From Felis catus (Eukaryota), in the NCBI RefSeq assembly GCF_018350175.1, contig NC_058368.1:205470001-205534000 (forward strand): a stretch of DNA of 64,000 nt, in the 5' to 3' direction. The notes beneath the pieces are model-generated. The model was given only the letters and a program-made list of their open reading frames with translations. It was not told where the DNA came from and did no database searches. Position 1 is the first letter of the stretch, and every line of letters begins with the position of its first letter. The translations under genes and the position numbers were made by a program. Shown here piece by piece: positions 52,990-64,000 of the stretch.

Positions 52990-54885
52990 TTTAAAAAAAA
53001 AAAAAACAACTGTGTTTTGGAATAACTAGATTTACAGAAAAGTTTCTGAGACAGCACAAAGAGTTTGCGTATTCCCTCACCCAAGTTCCCTCATTATTAC
53101 AATCATCTGCTACCTTGGTACATTTGTCAAAACTAAGAAACACACGTTGATATGTTACTGTTTTGGGGTGGGGGGGCATTTGTCTTTTTTTTGTTGTTGT
53201 TAATTGTGGTAAGAACACTTAACATGAGATCTACCCTCTTAAAATTTTAGCTGCACAATACAGTATTATTAACTGTAGGCACAGTTTTGTGCAGCAGATC
53301 TCTACTCTAGAATTTTCTCATCCTGTATAACTCAAACTCTGTACTCGTTGAACTATACTCAGCTCTGCATTTCCCACTCTCCCTAGTCCCTGGCAACCAT
53401 GGTTCTACTCTCTGCTATTATGAGTTTGACTATTTGAACATCTCATGTAAGTGGAATCAGGGAGTATTTGTTCTTCTGTGACTGGCTTATTGTACTTAGT
53501 GTAGTATCTTCTAGGTTTGTCCATGTTGTAGTATATGGCAGGCTTTCCTTCTTTTTAAAGGCTGAATAATTTTCTGTTGTGTGTGCATACCACATTGTCT
53601 TTATTCATTCGTCAATGGACATTTATGATGTTTTCTATCTTGGCTGTTGTGAATAATGCTTCAGTGAACATGGGAATGCAGATATCCCTTTGATATCCTG
53701 ATTTCAGTTTTTCTGGATATATACTCAGGAGTGGGATAGCTAAATGACATGGTGGTAATATTTTTAAATTCGGGGAAAACTACCCTACTATTTTTTATGA
53801 GCAGCTATACCATTTTACATTCCCACCAGTAGTGTACAAGGTTCCAGTTTGTTTACATCCTTGTCAACACTCATCTTTTTGGTTTTTGTGGGTTGGTTTT
53901 TTTTGGTTTTTTTTTTGGATAATAGGTATGAGGTGATACTTCATTGTGGTTTTGATTTGCATTTTTTGATGACTAGTGATATTGAGCATCATTTCATACA
54001 ATTGTTGGTCATTTGTATGTCTTCTTTGGAGAAAATATCTTTTCAAGTCCTTTGTCCATTTTTTAGTTGGGTTATTTGAATTTTTGCTATTGTAGGAGTT
54101 ACATATTTTGGGCATGAACTCCCTATTAGATGTATGGTTTGCAAATATTTCCTCTCATTCCTTAGGTTGCTTTTTCATTTTGTTGTTTCCTTTGCTGTGA
54201 AGAAGCTTTCTTGTTTAATGTAGCCCCACTTGTCTATTTTTGCTTTTGTCCCCTTTTGTTACACTTTATAAGATTCCAATTTTATCCTTTTCCATGTGGA
54301 TAATCCAGTTTTTCCAATACCATTCACTGAAGAGTCTGCCTTTTCCTTGTTGTGTGTTCTTGGCACCCATGCTGAAGATCAGTTGGCTGTACAAATCAGT
54401 TGGATTTATTTGGTGCTCTCTACGCTGTTCCATTGCTCTCTCTGTTTTTAATGCCAATATCATACTGTCTTAGTTACTATAGTTTTGTAATATATTTTGA
54501 AATCAGGGAGGGATTTCAGGAGAACAAATTCAGCTTTGTTCTTTCTCAAGATTGCTTTGGGACTTCCAATTCATGAACAGGGCATGCCTTTCCACTTATT
54601 TGTGTCTTTAATTTGTTTCATCATCAATGTTTTATAGTTTGCATTGTATAAATCTTTCAGGTACATTACTATCAGTTTTTTTATTAGCGTTCTCTTTTCT
54701 AGGATACAATTCAGTGTACCACATTACATTTAATTGTCCCATTTCCCTAGTCTCCTCTGGGAGAAGACAGTTTCTTCTGAGAGAAAGACTTCTCTGTGAA
54801 GTTTTCTGTCTTTCCTTGTTTTTCATGACTTTGATAGTTTTCAGAAGTATTGGCCAGATGTCCTGTAGAATGTGCCCCAGTCTTG
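52990..54885 (-). mobile_element. L1MB-like 3' end interrupted by an L1MA-like element (about 53180-54655)
   Basis: GGAATAACTAGATTTACAGAAAAGTT...GGTACATTTGTCAAAACTAAGAAAC resumes at about 54660 (GGTACATTACTA...); the inner element has reverse ORF2 motifs (MQIKTTMKYHL). Confidence 0.75.
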
Positions 54886-54887
54886 TC

Positions 54888-56217
54888 TTACACATCTCCA
54901 TCAGAACTCCTGGGTGACCAGGTGCATTGTCAGTGAGCAGTGATATTTTAAAAGGAACCTTTTTCTTTCTTTTTTCTCTTCTGTGTAGTAGGTCTTAAAA
55001 GTAGGCTTAAAATACATAGTAAACCATGTTGCAAACAGATGTGTCATCATCCAGGCTCTCTTGCTCCATTTATAGAACACGGCAGAATAGATTTAGCATA
55101 ATTCTTAAGGGCCCTAGGATTTTTGAAATTGGTAAATGAGCATTGGCTTCAACTTAAATTCACAAGCTGTGTTAGCCCCTAACAAGAGAGTCAGCCTGTC
55201 CTTTGAAGCTGTAAAGCCAGGCATTGGCTTTTTCTCTCTAGCTATGAAAGTACTAGATGGCATCTTCTTCCAAGAGAAGGCTGTTTCGTCTACATTGACT
55301 GTTGTTTAGTGTAGCCACTTCCATTTTTTATCTTTAGCTAGATCTGGATTGTTGCAGCTTCTACATCAGCACTTGCTGCTTCACCTCGCACTTTGATGTT
55401 ACGAAGACAGCTTCTTTCCTTAAGTCTCATGAACCAACCTTTGTTAGCATCGAACTTTTCTCCTGCAGGTTCATCACCTCTCCCAGCCTTCATAGAATGG
55501 AAGAGAGATAGGGCCTTATTCTGCGTTAGGTTTTCGCTTAAGAGGAATGTTGTGGCTGGTTTGATCTTTTATCCAGACCACTAAAACATTGTCCATATCA
55601 GCAGTAAGGCTGTTTTACTTTCATATGTGTGTGTTCACTGGACTAGCACTTTTAATTTCCTTCAAGAACTTTTTCTTTGCATTCACATCTTGGCTAACTG
55701 GCACAAGAGGCCTAGCTTTTGTCCTGTCTCAGCTTTCAACGTACTTTCCTCACTAAGCTTAATCATTTCTAGCTTTTGAGTTAGAGTGAGAGATGTGTGA
55801 CTCTTGTTTTCACTTGATCACTTAGAGGCCATTGTGGAGTTATTAATTGTCTTCGTTTTAATATTGTGGTGTCTCGGAATAGGGAGACCTAAGGAGAGGA
55901 AGAGAGATGGGGGAATGGCTAGCTGGTGGAACGGTCAGAACACCTACAGCATTAAATAAGGTCATTATCTCATGTGGGTAGGACTCATGGCACCTCAAAA
56001 ACAATTACAACAGTAACATCAAAGATTACAGATCACCATAACAATAATGCAAAAGTTTGAAGTATTGCAAGAATTACCAAAATGTAAAACAGACACAAGC
56101 TGAGAATGCTGTTGGAAAAATGGCTCCAGTAGATTTGTTCAATGCAGGCCTGACACGCACCTTCACTATGTAAAAAAGCACAGCATGTGAAAAGTGCAGT
56201 AAAATGAGGTATGCTTG
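54888..56217 (-). mobile_element. Tigger1 (TcMar-pogo) DNA transposon, 5' half with decayed transposase
   Basis: 5' TIR CAAGCATACCTCATTTTA with TA at 56218-56219; ATG at 55832 (MASK...); NVDETAF..KKMPS.TFIARE...[15 protein letters not shown]...[20 protein letters not shown] motifs, with stops and frameshifts. Confidence 0.93.
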
Positions 56218-56912
56218 TACTAACCATACTCACACAGTTTTGAATAATAAAGATAAACTGCTTCCCTGAGGTTAGAGGAAAAAAGCAACTCCTTCCTGAA
56301 TAGCTCTGTGTCAAGGTGATTATCAAGAGACTATTTCCTTCTAAATACTGGGCCTAAGAAACAGCATTCTTGGGAATAAAAATAATTTTTAGCAGGTAGA
56401 CCCCAGCTCCAAGTGTTTGCCACGCGTGAGTTCCAGGTGAATGTGAATGAAGTCATGTCTGCCACCGGGTGTTGTAACCATAAAAGCAATGAAATTCTTC
56501 TCACTTACTGTGGCTCTTGCTACTCTCCAGAGAATGTACTAGATTTAAAACACCTCTCAACTGAGGCTCCATATAAAGTGTGTCTGAAATAATCAAGTTT
56601 TTTTACTCACACGTTGGTTTTTCATACTGTTTTGTCATGTATGTAATATCATCTCTAGTCTTATGGACAAGTAGTTATCACAACATCAACTTATGCAGTT
56701 TAGGGAGTTAAAACACTGGCATATCAAGAAATGAGTTACAGTTTGTTTGTTTCTATTTCTACCTCTTCTGCTCTTTCTCTGTATTGTACTTCAAAAGAAT
56801 AGTTTTTTATTCTTTATTTGATTCTCAGTATTTTGATTTCTACATTACCACTATCTTCCCCAAAAGGTTTTTTTTTTTTGTTACTTGTCTTTAAAACACT
56901 TCACTTTTCATT

Positions 56913-57132
56913 AAAAAAATTTTTTTTTTAACATTTATTTATTTTTGAGAGACTGAGAGACAGAGCAGGAGCAGGAGAGGGGCAGAGAAAGAGGGAGACA
57001 CAGAATCCGAGGGAATCTCCAGGCTCTGAGCTGTCAGCAGAGAACCTGATGCGGGGCTCAAACTCACGAACCGTGAGATCATGATCTGGGCCCATGTCAG
57101 ATGCTTAACTGACTGAGCCACCCAGGCGCCCC
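56913..57132 (-). mobile_element. Can-SINE
   Basis: Reverse SINE body; TSD TCACTTTTCATT. Confidence 0.95.
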
Positions 57133-58592
57133 TCACTTTTCATTTTTATTCTCAGCATTATTTTTCATCTGTCATCCCTCTTTCTCTCTCTCTTTTTTTT
57201 TTAGTCATCTAAGAGCTGGCTCTGGCATAGTTGGCTTGAAAAGATAGAAGGTAGAAATTAATGCTCCTGTAATATCACCTTTTATATATCTTTCAAGAAT
57301 ACTAACTTTGGGCAGATTCCTTGAAGTAGCTCTCTTGACCTATTTTAGAGTTTGGAAAAGTGTTTTGTTTCCACCTGATTCTCCCCAGTTCAAGGGGGAG
57401 CCAATTCACCTTTTATGTACTTTCAGATCTAGGGTCCTCAAAGGAAAAATTGTGCTTTTGATTTCTGATGCCTAAGATATTAGGACCACTCTCCCCACCC
57501 ACCCACACAGGGGCATGGCTCCTTAGCTTTCTCTATCCCTGGAGGGGGGTCATTCTCACAAAGATGCTGTGCTTCTCCCTCTCCGGGTCAGACCGCATAC
57601 TGGTCCTAGGATTGAAATCTCTGTGGAATGATGTTGCCCATGGTTACCTTAGTCCTGAGGTGGAGTATGCTTTCTGAGAAAACCAGAGGTGAGACTTTTC
57701 TTCACATGTCAGAGGCATCCGGTCCCCATGTTACAGATCAGGTCTTGCCCAGGAGGAAAAAACTTAAAAGACTCTTCACTAATTACCAAAGGGTTATCAG
57801 TTCGCTATGAATGTTCATAGCTGTTAGCTCCCAGGAGGTATGTGGCAGTCATTGAACTGGGTCATCAGCTGAATCTGGAGGACATCTTGGGGATAAACAG
57901 AGTACTTATTAATAGAGTCAAAATGGTCTTATGTTCTTCCATCTAACCCTCTAATGCTTGCTTAATAGGGCATCCACATTTAATATACATAGCATACTCT
58001 TTCACAACTGCTCTTAAGTGGTTTTTTGTTTTGTTTTTTACTTTTAAATGATCTTTTACATACTTTTTTTTTTATCTTTGCTACTGTAGATTAAAACCAC
58101 AGTAATTATTTTGATGTATTCCTTAATAATGTTCCTTCAGTCACTATATGTCTCTCTGGGAGTTCCATCCAGCTGTGAGAGATGGCAGTGTAATTACAAT
58201 AACTCTGTAACTCTATGCCCTACAGCTTGCAGATGGTGGGAGGAGGCGATTGAGCAAGCAAGCTTCACCCCACGGTTCTTGTTTGCACACCTTCCCCTTC
58301 ATCCCAACTAACCCACGTCCCATTTCAAGAATCAGAAAGTAAAATTTCTGAGAATACCCATTTTCTATTTCCCAAAGAAATAGTAATAGTTTTGTATTCC
58401 ATGTGAATGAGTTATGAAGGAATTGACATACTTCATCACTTGAAGGTAAATAAAAATGATTGTTACCTTTTAATTTGTATTTTAGCAGACATATTTGTTG
58501 TGATTATCTAGAGATCTCCTAAAAATAATATAAGCCTTTGAAATAAATTCTGTGTGATAGTAAATGAAATCTGTTTTCCTATCATTATAACA

Positions 58593-58672
58593 TTAGTTTG
58601 AACCAACCATATGAAATTCTTGTGTTTGTAGGTGACACATGGTCACATGTGGCAATTTCATGTGATTCTAAA
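58593..58672. mobile_element. MADE2 mariner-derived MITE
   Basis: TTAGTTTGAACC..CATATGAAATT...TTTGTAGGT.A.A.ATGGTC...GGCAATTTCATGTGATTC; about 80-bp imperfect palindrome. Confidence 0.7.
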
Positions 58673-59899
58673 ACCATTCTGTCAGTGACCCAAGGGAAGG
58701 AAGAATTGTTAATGCAGAAAATAATTTATCCTTGGATTTTAAATATTGTACTTATTCTGTTTCTGGATAATGTACAAGACAAGAAGCTCCAGTACTTAGT
58801 TGTATTTAATAAATTCAATTAAATAACTTATTTATATGTAATAATCCTTTATCATTTTAAGTAAAAGCAGATTCCCTTATATGTATCCTAGAGCACTTGC
58901 TCAAGTTCTTTCCATCGATGTCTTCTGTAGGAGGCCTGATAAAACAAGGTGAACTCACTTAACCAGGTTGTTTGATGTTTTCATCTCTGTAGAATTACCA
59001 ATTGACTCTGTGAAAACTGAAATTATAGCTTCAAAGCAGAGCTAAGAATAACACAGTTTTTCTCCAATCCATTTTATTAATCCAAAAAATAGAATGGACT
59101 GTTAGTCTATCTGATCTTGTACAAAGAAGTTAACCTATCCAAAGTGCCTCATTTATAACCAGAAGAAACCTAGTCACACATTTCTTATAACTTAGGAAAA
59201 GAAAATAGGACAGTTTCATACTTCTAATTATTCACCTAATAAATGCTTACTAATCTCCTAGACAAAGGTGGAGTTAACGACTTGCAATCAATTTTATATG
59301 CTTGCGATTTATTTCTTCACTTGGAGTGATGAGGTTTCATAAGTGAACTATGGAGACCCTACTGAGTGGTATTTATATTTTTACAAAATGGGAAATTCAG
59401 AGTAGTTAATAGCTAGAAACAGAACTCACTTTTTCTATTTGGGTTTAATTGATTTCTTTAGTGTTAGAGGCACTGATTAATCTGCATAGATGTGCTCAAT
59501 CAGAACAGCAGGTAGTCATAGCCAGATAGGGTCTTGGAGGCCCGCTGTTGTATTTTCAGTTGCTAGATGGTGGTGGAGTTGGGGAGAGCTTGCTCAGAGA
59601 GGGGATAGCATGCCTCTCATAAGGAAGAATTTAAGTTATAACTACCTGTATGGCCCGGCCACTACCTGCCAGTGGAACACCAACCCTGATCTTAATGCAG
59701 ATCACTTGGCAGATTCTACAATAGGGATAAGGAAGGATGCTGTGAGAGCACCCAAGAGAGGTCCCTGATCACACCTAGTTGGTGGGCTAGGGTAGAGGCA
59801 TGTGGATACTTCCTCGAAGAAGTAGTCGTGATTTGACACACAAAGAGTAAGCTGGTGTACACTTTATAGAAGGAGGGTGGGACCTTATGGCATAGCATG

Positions 59900-61370
59900 A
59901 AGCCATGTGCTGTGCACAGGCAACTCACTATTCCTGGCACATAAACAGGATACTAGAGTGTGAGGAAATGAGTGAGGGTTGAGGCCAGGTTGTCACAGGC
60001 CTTGTATCCCAACTGAAGTGCTTGGACTCCATCCTGGCACACTGGGGAACTAGTGAAAGGTTTTAGCAGAGGAGTAACATAAAACGTTCATTTGAGAGAG
60101 ATTATTTTCATGTGGGTTGGAAAGGTTTGGGAGGGATAAGGCTGGACATAGGCTGGCAGTAGAGATGTTATTGCAATACTCAGGGAGAAATAACAAGAAT
60201 CTTGGGTGAGAAAAGTTCAAGTTCAAGAAATACTGGAAAAATTGGAGTTCTTTGTAATTGAATGGCTGATTACACATAGATAACGAAGGACAGGCAAGAG
60301 ATAAGGAAGTTTCTGGTTGGACCTTGATGTGGATGGTTGGCCAGTAACTGAGATCAGGACTTAGTAGGTAAATAAGATTTGCTTTGATAAAAATACTTAA
60401 TTTAACATGGACCATACTGAGCTGAGGTATGTAATAATTAACATAAAGAAGTTTTTGTTTCTTACTAACACAGAACCAAGATTGATTGGCAAGAAGCTCT
60501 CTTCTATGCAGTAATTTGGGGACTGACGTTCCTTCCATCTGTGGCTCTACTATTTTCAACAGATAGTTTGCAGAAAGTGGAAGAACATGGACCATAGTTT
60601 TTGGAAGTTTTGAGAGAGAGAGAGAAAGAGAAAGAGAGAGAAAGGATCTGAAGAGTGTTGTGTGCTTACAGCGTAGAGCCCAGTGAGATCATGACTGAGC
60701 CAAAGTCAGACACTTAACCAGCTGAGCCACCCAGGCACCCAAATTCTTGCAAGCATTTATAGTCCGACTCTGGAATTATTATTTGTCACTTTCACCCACT
60801 TTCTGTTGGCCAAAACCTATTCACATGACCAACCCTAACCTCAAGGAAGGCTGGAAAAAGTAGCCTAACTGAGCCCAGGAACAAGAGGAAATTATTTGGG
60901 GGATCAGCTGACAGATTGTGCCACATGATGACTGGGAAACTTTTGGATATTGAAGTCTGAGACTCAGAGGAAGGATTTGAGCTGAAAATGCCTTAGGAGT
61001 CATCAGAAATTGGGGCAGTTTATATCATAAGAGCAGATGAAGTCACTCTCAGAGAAAATGACAAGTGCAGTAGGCCAAGGACAGAGCTTTTAAGTTGGCC
61101 AACACACAAAGCTGGGATGGGAAAAAGGATGCTAAAAAGGAGCTTGACAAACCCTGAAGTAGGAGGACCAGGGAAGTATTGTATCACGGAAACCCATGAG
61201 TAGAGCATTTCAAGAAGTTGGTGAAAAATAGTGTAAAATGTAGTCGACAGGTCCAGGAATATAGTAAAGTAAACCCATAAGGCATCAGATGGTTAAATGT
61301 TAGAGACCTGATTGAGTAATTCTCATTTCAAAGGCATAGTCAAGGCAGAAACCAGATTTTAGTGCATTGA
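59900..61370. mobile_element. L2 remnants interrupted by an MLT1-like LTR (about 60440-60910) and a degenerate minus-strand Can-SINE (60608-60740)
   Basis: L2-like GGTTTTAGCAGAGGAGTAACAT and TTAGGAGTCATCAG; LTR-like TCCTTCCATCTGTGGCTCT and TCTGTTGGCCAAAAC..TCACATGACC; SINE head CTGAGCCACCCAGGCACCC. Confidence 0.55.
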
Positions 61371-63295
61371 GGTATCAACAGAGAGGAGCTAGAGAAGGGC
61401 TGGGGATGGAAAAATCAGAGCAAGGGGGTAGTTGATGAAACAAAGTCCCCGAGAGAACAGGAATAAGAGAGCTTACTAAAATGAAGTTTTGAGTTTGTCC
61501 AAGTGCTGCTTTTTGACATGGTCTTCTTTTTAGCCCATACAATGATTGATAACTGATATTTGTTAGGAACAATTTTGTTACTTTACCTGGCAATAGAGAC
61601 TGTAATTATATTTCTAGCTCCATATTAGCTGGTTTACATGATCACTCCACCCGTCCTGGGAAATACAATTAATCCTTGAAAGGAAAATCACATTTTTCTT
61701 GGTTTTGAATACAAAGTATAGTACAGAAAAGAGAAATATTACTACTGTAACTTTGTTATAAGTAGGCAAAACTAAGACAAATTATGTATTTTTTATTTTC
61801 TCTAAAACCGAGTTATAACCTCTCCTTTATGTTTAAACAAATACTGATATTATATTTATTTTCCCTCACTCCTATACTCTTTAGCAAGGAGCATTTTTAG
61901 AAGTCCTTTTCTTTCTTAGAACATTTTTTTTTAATAATGGGGAAGTGAGACAGAAATAAAGAGGCTTACATTTGGATTGAGGTGCGTACTTAATGTTCTG
62001 GTGTTTAATATTGAGCAGCAAGCCCTAGTTTTATTAATAAATCACTCTACAGTTATCTTTCCCTTTTCTTCCAGTCAATTAACATTTTCCAGTGAGGCAC
62101 ATAGCATTAATTTAAAAGGTTTTAAAAATTGTTTCTGTGTATTGTACATTTGTTTCTCACTTAAGAACAGAATATAGGCAACAAATCTGCAAATCAGCCA
62201 TTGCTACGTATATATGTGTATATATACACACATATACACACACACGCTAATGGTAAAGGTGGCAAGAATCATTTTCAGTATGTTTTATATTGTGTTTTAA
62301 ACAGCATTTCACACAACTGTTCACTGTATTTGTTTTACCTTTTTGTAAAAACCTTAAAACATCACCAAATGTCACATGTAGAACTTGAATTACTGTATTT
62401 TGGGGAGTGCAATTTAATATTTGTACTTTGTTGCATTGAGGTTTATTTTTTAATGTTATATTATTAACATTTACTTTCTTTCAAATTCTCATATTAGGGA
62501 ATAGGATTAAAGTAAGTAAAATATATTTAAAATATTGCTTTCAGTTTAAATCTATTTTCTAGAAAAAAGGTAGATAACCATATTCATTCTTCTTCTATTC
62601 CTAATTCCTATTTTGGTACCCAGTTTGTAATAGATTTTGAGCAAATATTCATGAATTGAGGATAATACTTGAGCTAGTGTCTTTTCAGAAAAGTTCTGTA
62701 AGTGTGTCATAATATAGCATGCAGCATTTCTAAGTCATCATACTGCTGTGTTCTTCGCATACTTGATACCGGAGCCAGTCTTCAACTGCACAAAGATGAG
62801 TCGGCCATGAAATGAGTATCCAGCAATCATCTCTCCATTATGATAGCCAGAATACATTTCAGAACTAAAGTTGCACCATTCAAGAAACGTATGTTTGCTG
62901 ATGAGATTTTTAAGAAAGCCGTACTTTGTGTCACCCTGGCCCCGTGCTTCAATCATGCCCAGAGTCTCTTCTTCAGCATAGGCCTGTTTTTCTCGGAGAA
63001 TCACTTTCCCTCTTGTGATTTATTTAAAGGTACATTTTTAGCTTCATAACTTCACTGCTTAGCAGCTTCTTGTTTTGTATGTCGAATAGGATGTTGGATT
63101 TGGGGGAGGGAGCTAGAGATGGCAGTGAGGTCTGTATCTCATCTCTGTAAAATGGCAAGCTTGTGTTGGACATTTGGATACAGAAGTAAATTTCAGTATC
63201 TTGCCTAGTCCCCTCCTTCAAGGAGCAGTGGTAAAACGTCCCCCTCAAAGGTCTGCTCCCTCCTCTGTTGTGTAGCTGAATCAGTTAGCTCTTTT

Positions 63296-64000
63296 TTAAA
63301 AAAATATAATTTATTAAATTATATTAGTCAAGTTGGCTAACATATAGTGTATACAGTGTGCTTTTGGTTTTGGAGGTAGATTCCCATGATTCATCGCTTA
63401 CATACAACACCCAGTGCTCATCCCAACAAGTGCCCTCCTCAATGCCTATCGCCCCTTTCCTCCTTTCCTCTGCCCCCATCAACTCTCAGTCTGACCTCTG
63501 TATTTAAGAGTCTCTTATGGTTTGCCTCCCTCTCTGTTTGAAACTATTTTTTCCCCTTCCCTTCCCCATGGCCTTCTGTTAAGTTTCTCAAGTTGCACAT
63601 ATGAGTAAAAACATGGTATCTGTCTTTTCTTTGACTGACTTATTTCACTTAGCATAATACCCTCCAGTTCCATCCATGTTGTTGCAAATGGCAGGATTTC
63701 ATTCTTTCTCATTGCCAAGTAGTATTCCTTTGTATATATAAACCACATCTTTTTTTTATTCTTTAAAAAAAATTTTTTTTTAATTTTTTAAATTTACATC
63801 CAAATTAGTTACCATATAGTGCAACAATGATTTCAGGAGTAGATTCCTTAGTACGCCTTACCCATTTAGCCCATCCCTCCTGCCACAACCCCTCCAGTAA
63901 CCCTCTGTATGTTCTCCATATTTAAGAGCCTCTTATGTTTTGTCCCCCTCCTGGTTTTTATATTATTTTTGCTTCCCTTCCCTTATGTTCATCTGTTCTG
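63296..64000 (-). mobile_element. Two adjacent/nested carnivore L1 3' ends (about 63296-63750 and 63752-64000)
   Basis: Reverse MWFIYTKEYYLAMRKNEILPFATTWMELEGIMLSEISQ (ORF2 end) plus 3' UTR; a second 3' UTR begins after a T-rich tail at about 63752. Confidence 0.9.

Noticed and set aside
54888..55832. Tigger1 transposase as a domesticated TIGD-like gene
   Set aside because: Early stop, frameshifts, and the 3' half is missing
60050..60595. Longest ORF in the window (181 aa, minus strand)
   Set aside because: Spans L2 and LTR remnants; no domain similarity
62738..63049. Opposing 88-aa and 69-aa ORFs in unique-looking DNA, possible processed pseudogene
   Set aside because: No recognisable homology, poly(A) tail or TSD; a BLASTX search would be needed to revive it

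Overview
This is mammalian genomic DNA from a felid/feliform carnivore, judged by about 21 tRNA-derived Can-SINE (SINEC_Fc-type) copies and carnivore L1 3' ends. The whole window lies inside OXCT1 (SCOT, succinyl-CoA:3-ketoacid CoA transferase 1) on the + strand. Six coding exons, matching human exons 8-13 (108/115/95/49/73/76 nt), cluster at 23496-37241 and include the catalytic SENG glutamate. They are flanked by introns of >23 kb and >26 kb filled with SINEs, nested L1s, L2/MIR, CR1/L3, Tigger1, MER44, hAT MITEs and MADE2. The supplied ORF track is almost entirely spurious. Most notable observations: (1) the intron after exon 9 has U12 (minor spliceosome) signals, GTATCCTTT ... CCTTAAC ... 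CAG, plus competing U2-like sites, a possible poison micro-exon and inverted SINEs at its ends; (2) exons 8-13 total 516 nt, phase 0 to phase 0, so a back-spliced circle would be a stop-free 172-codon endless ORF; (3) a CpG-retaining MEF2 + E-box cluster at about 41.1-41.4 kb looks like a muscle/heart enhancer. I found no evidence for a wholly new gene system. Repeat subfamily names and exon numbers come from recalled consensus sequences, not from a database search.
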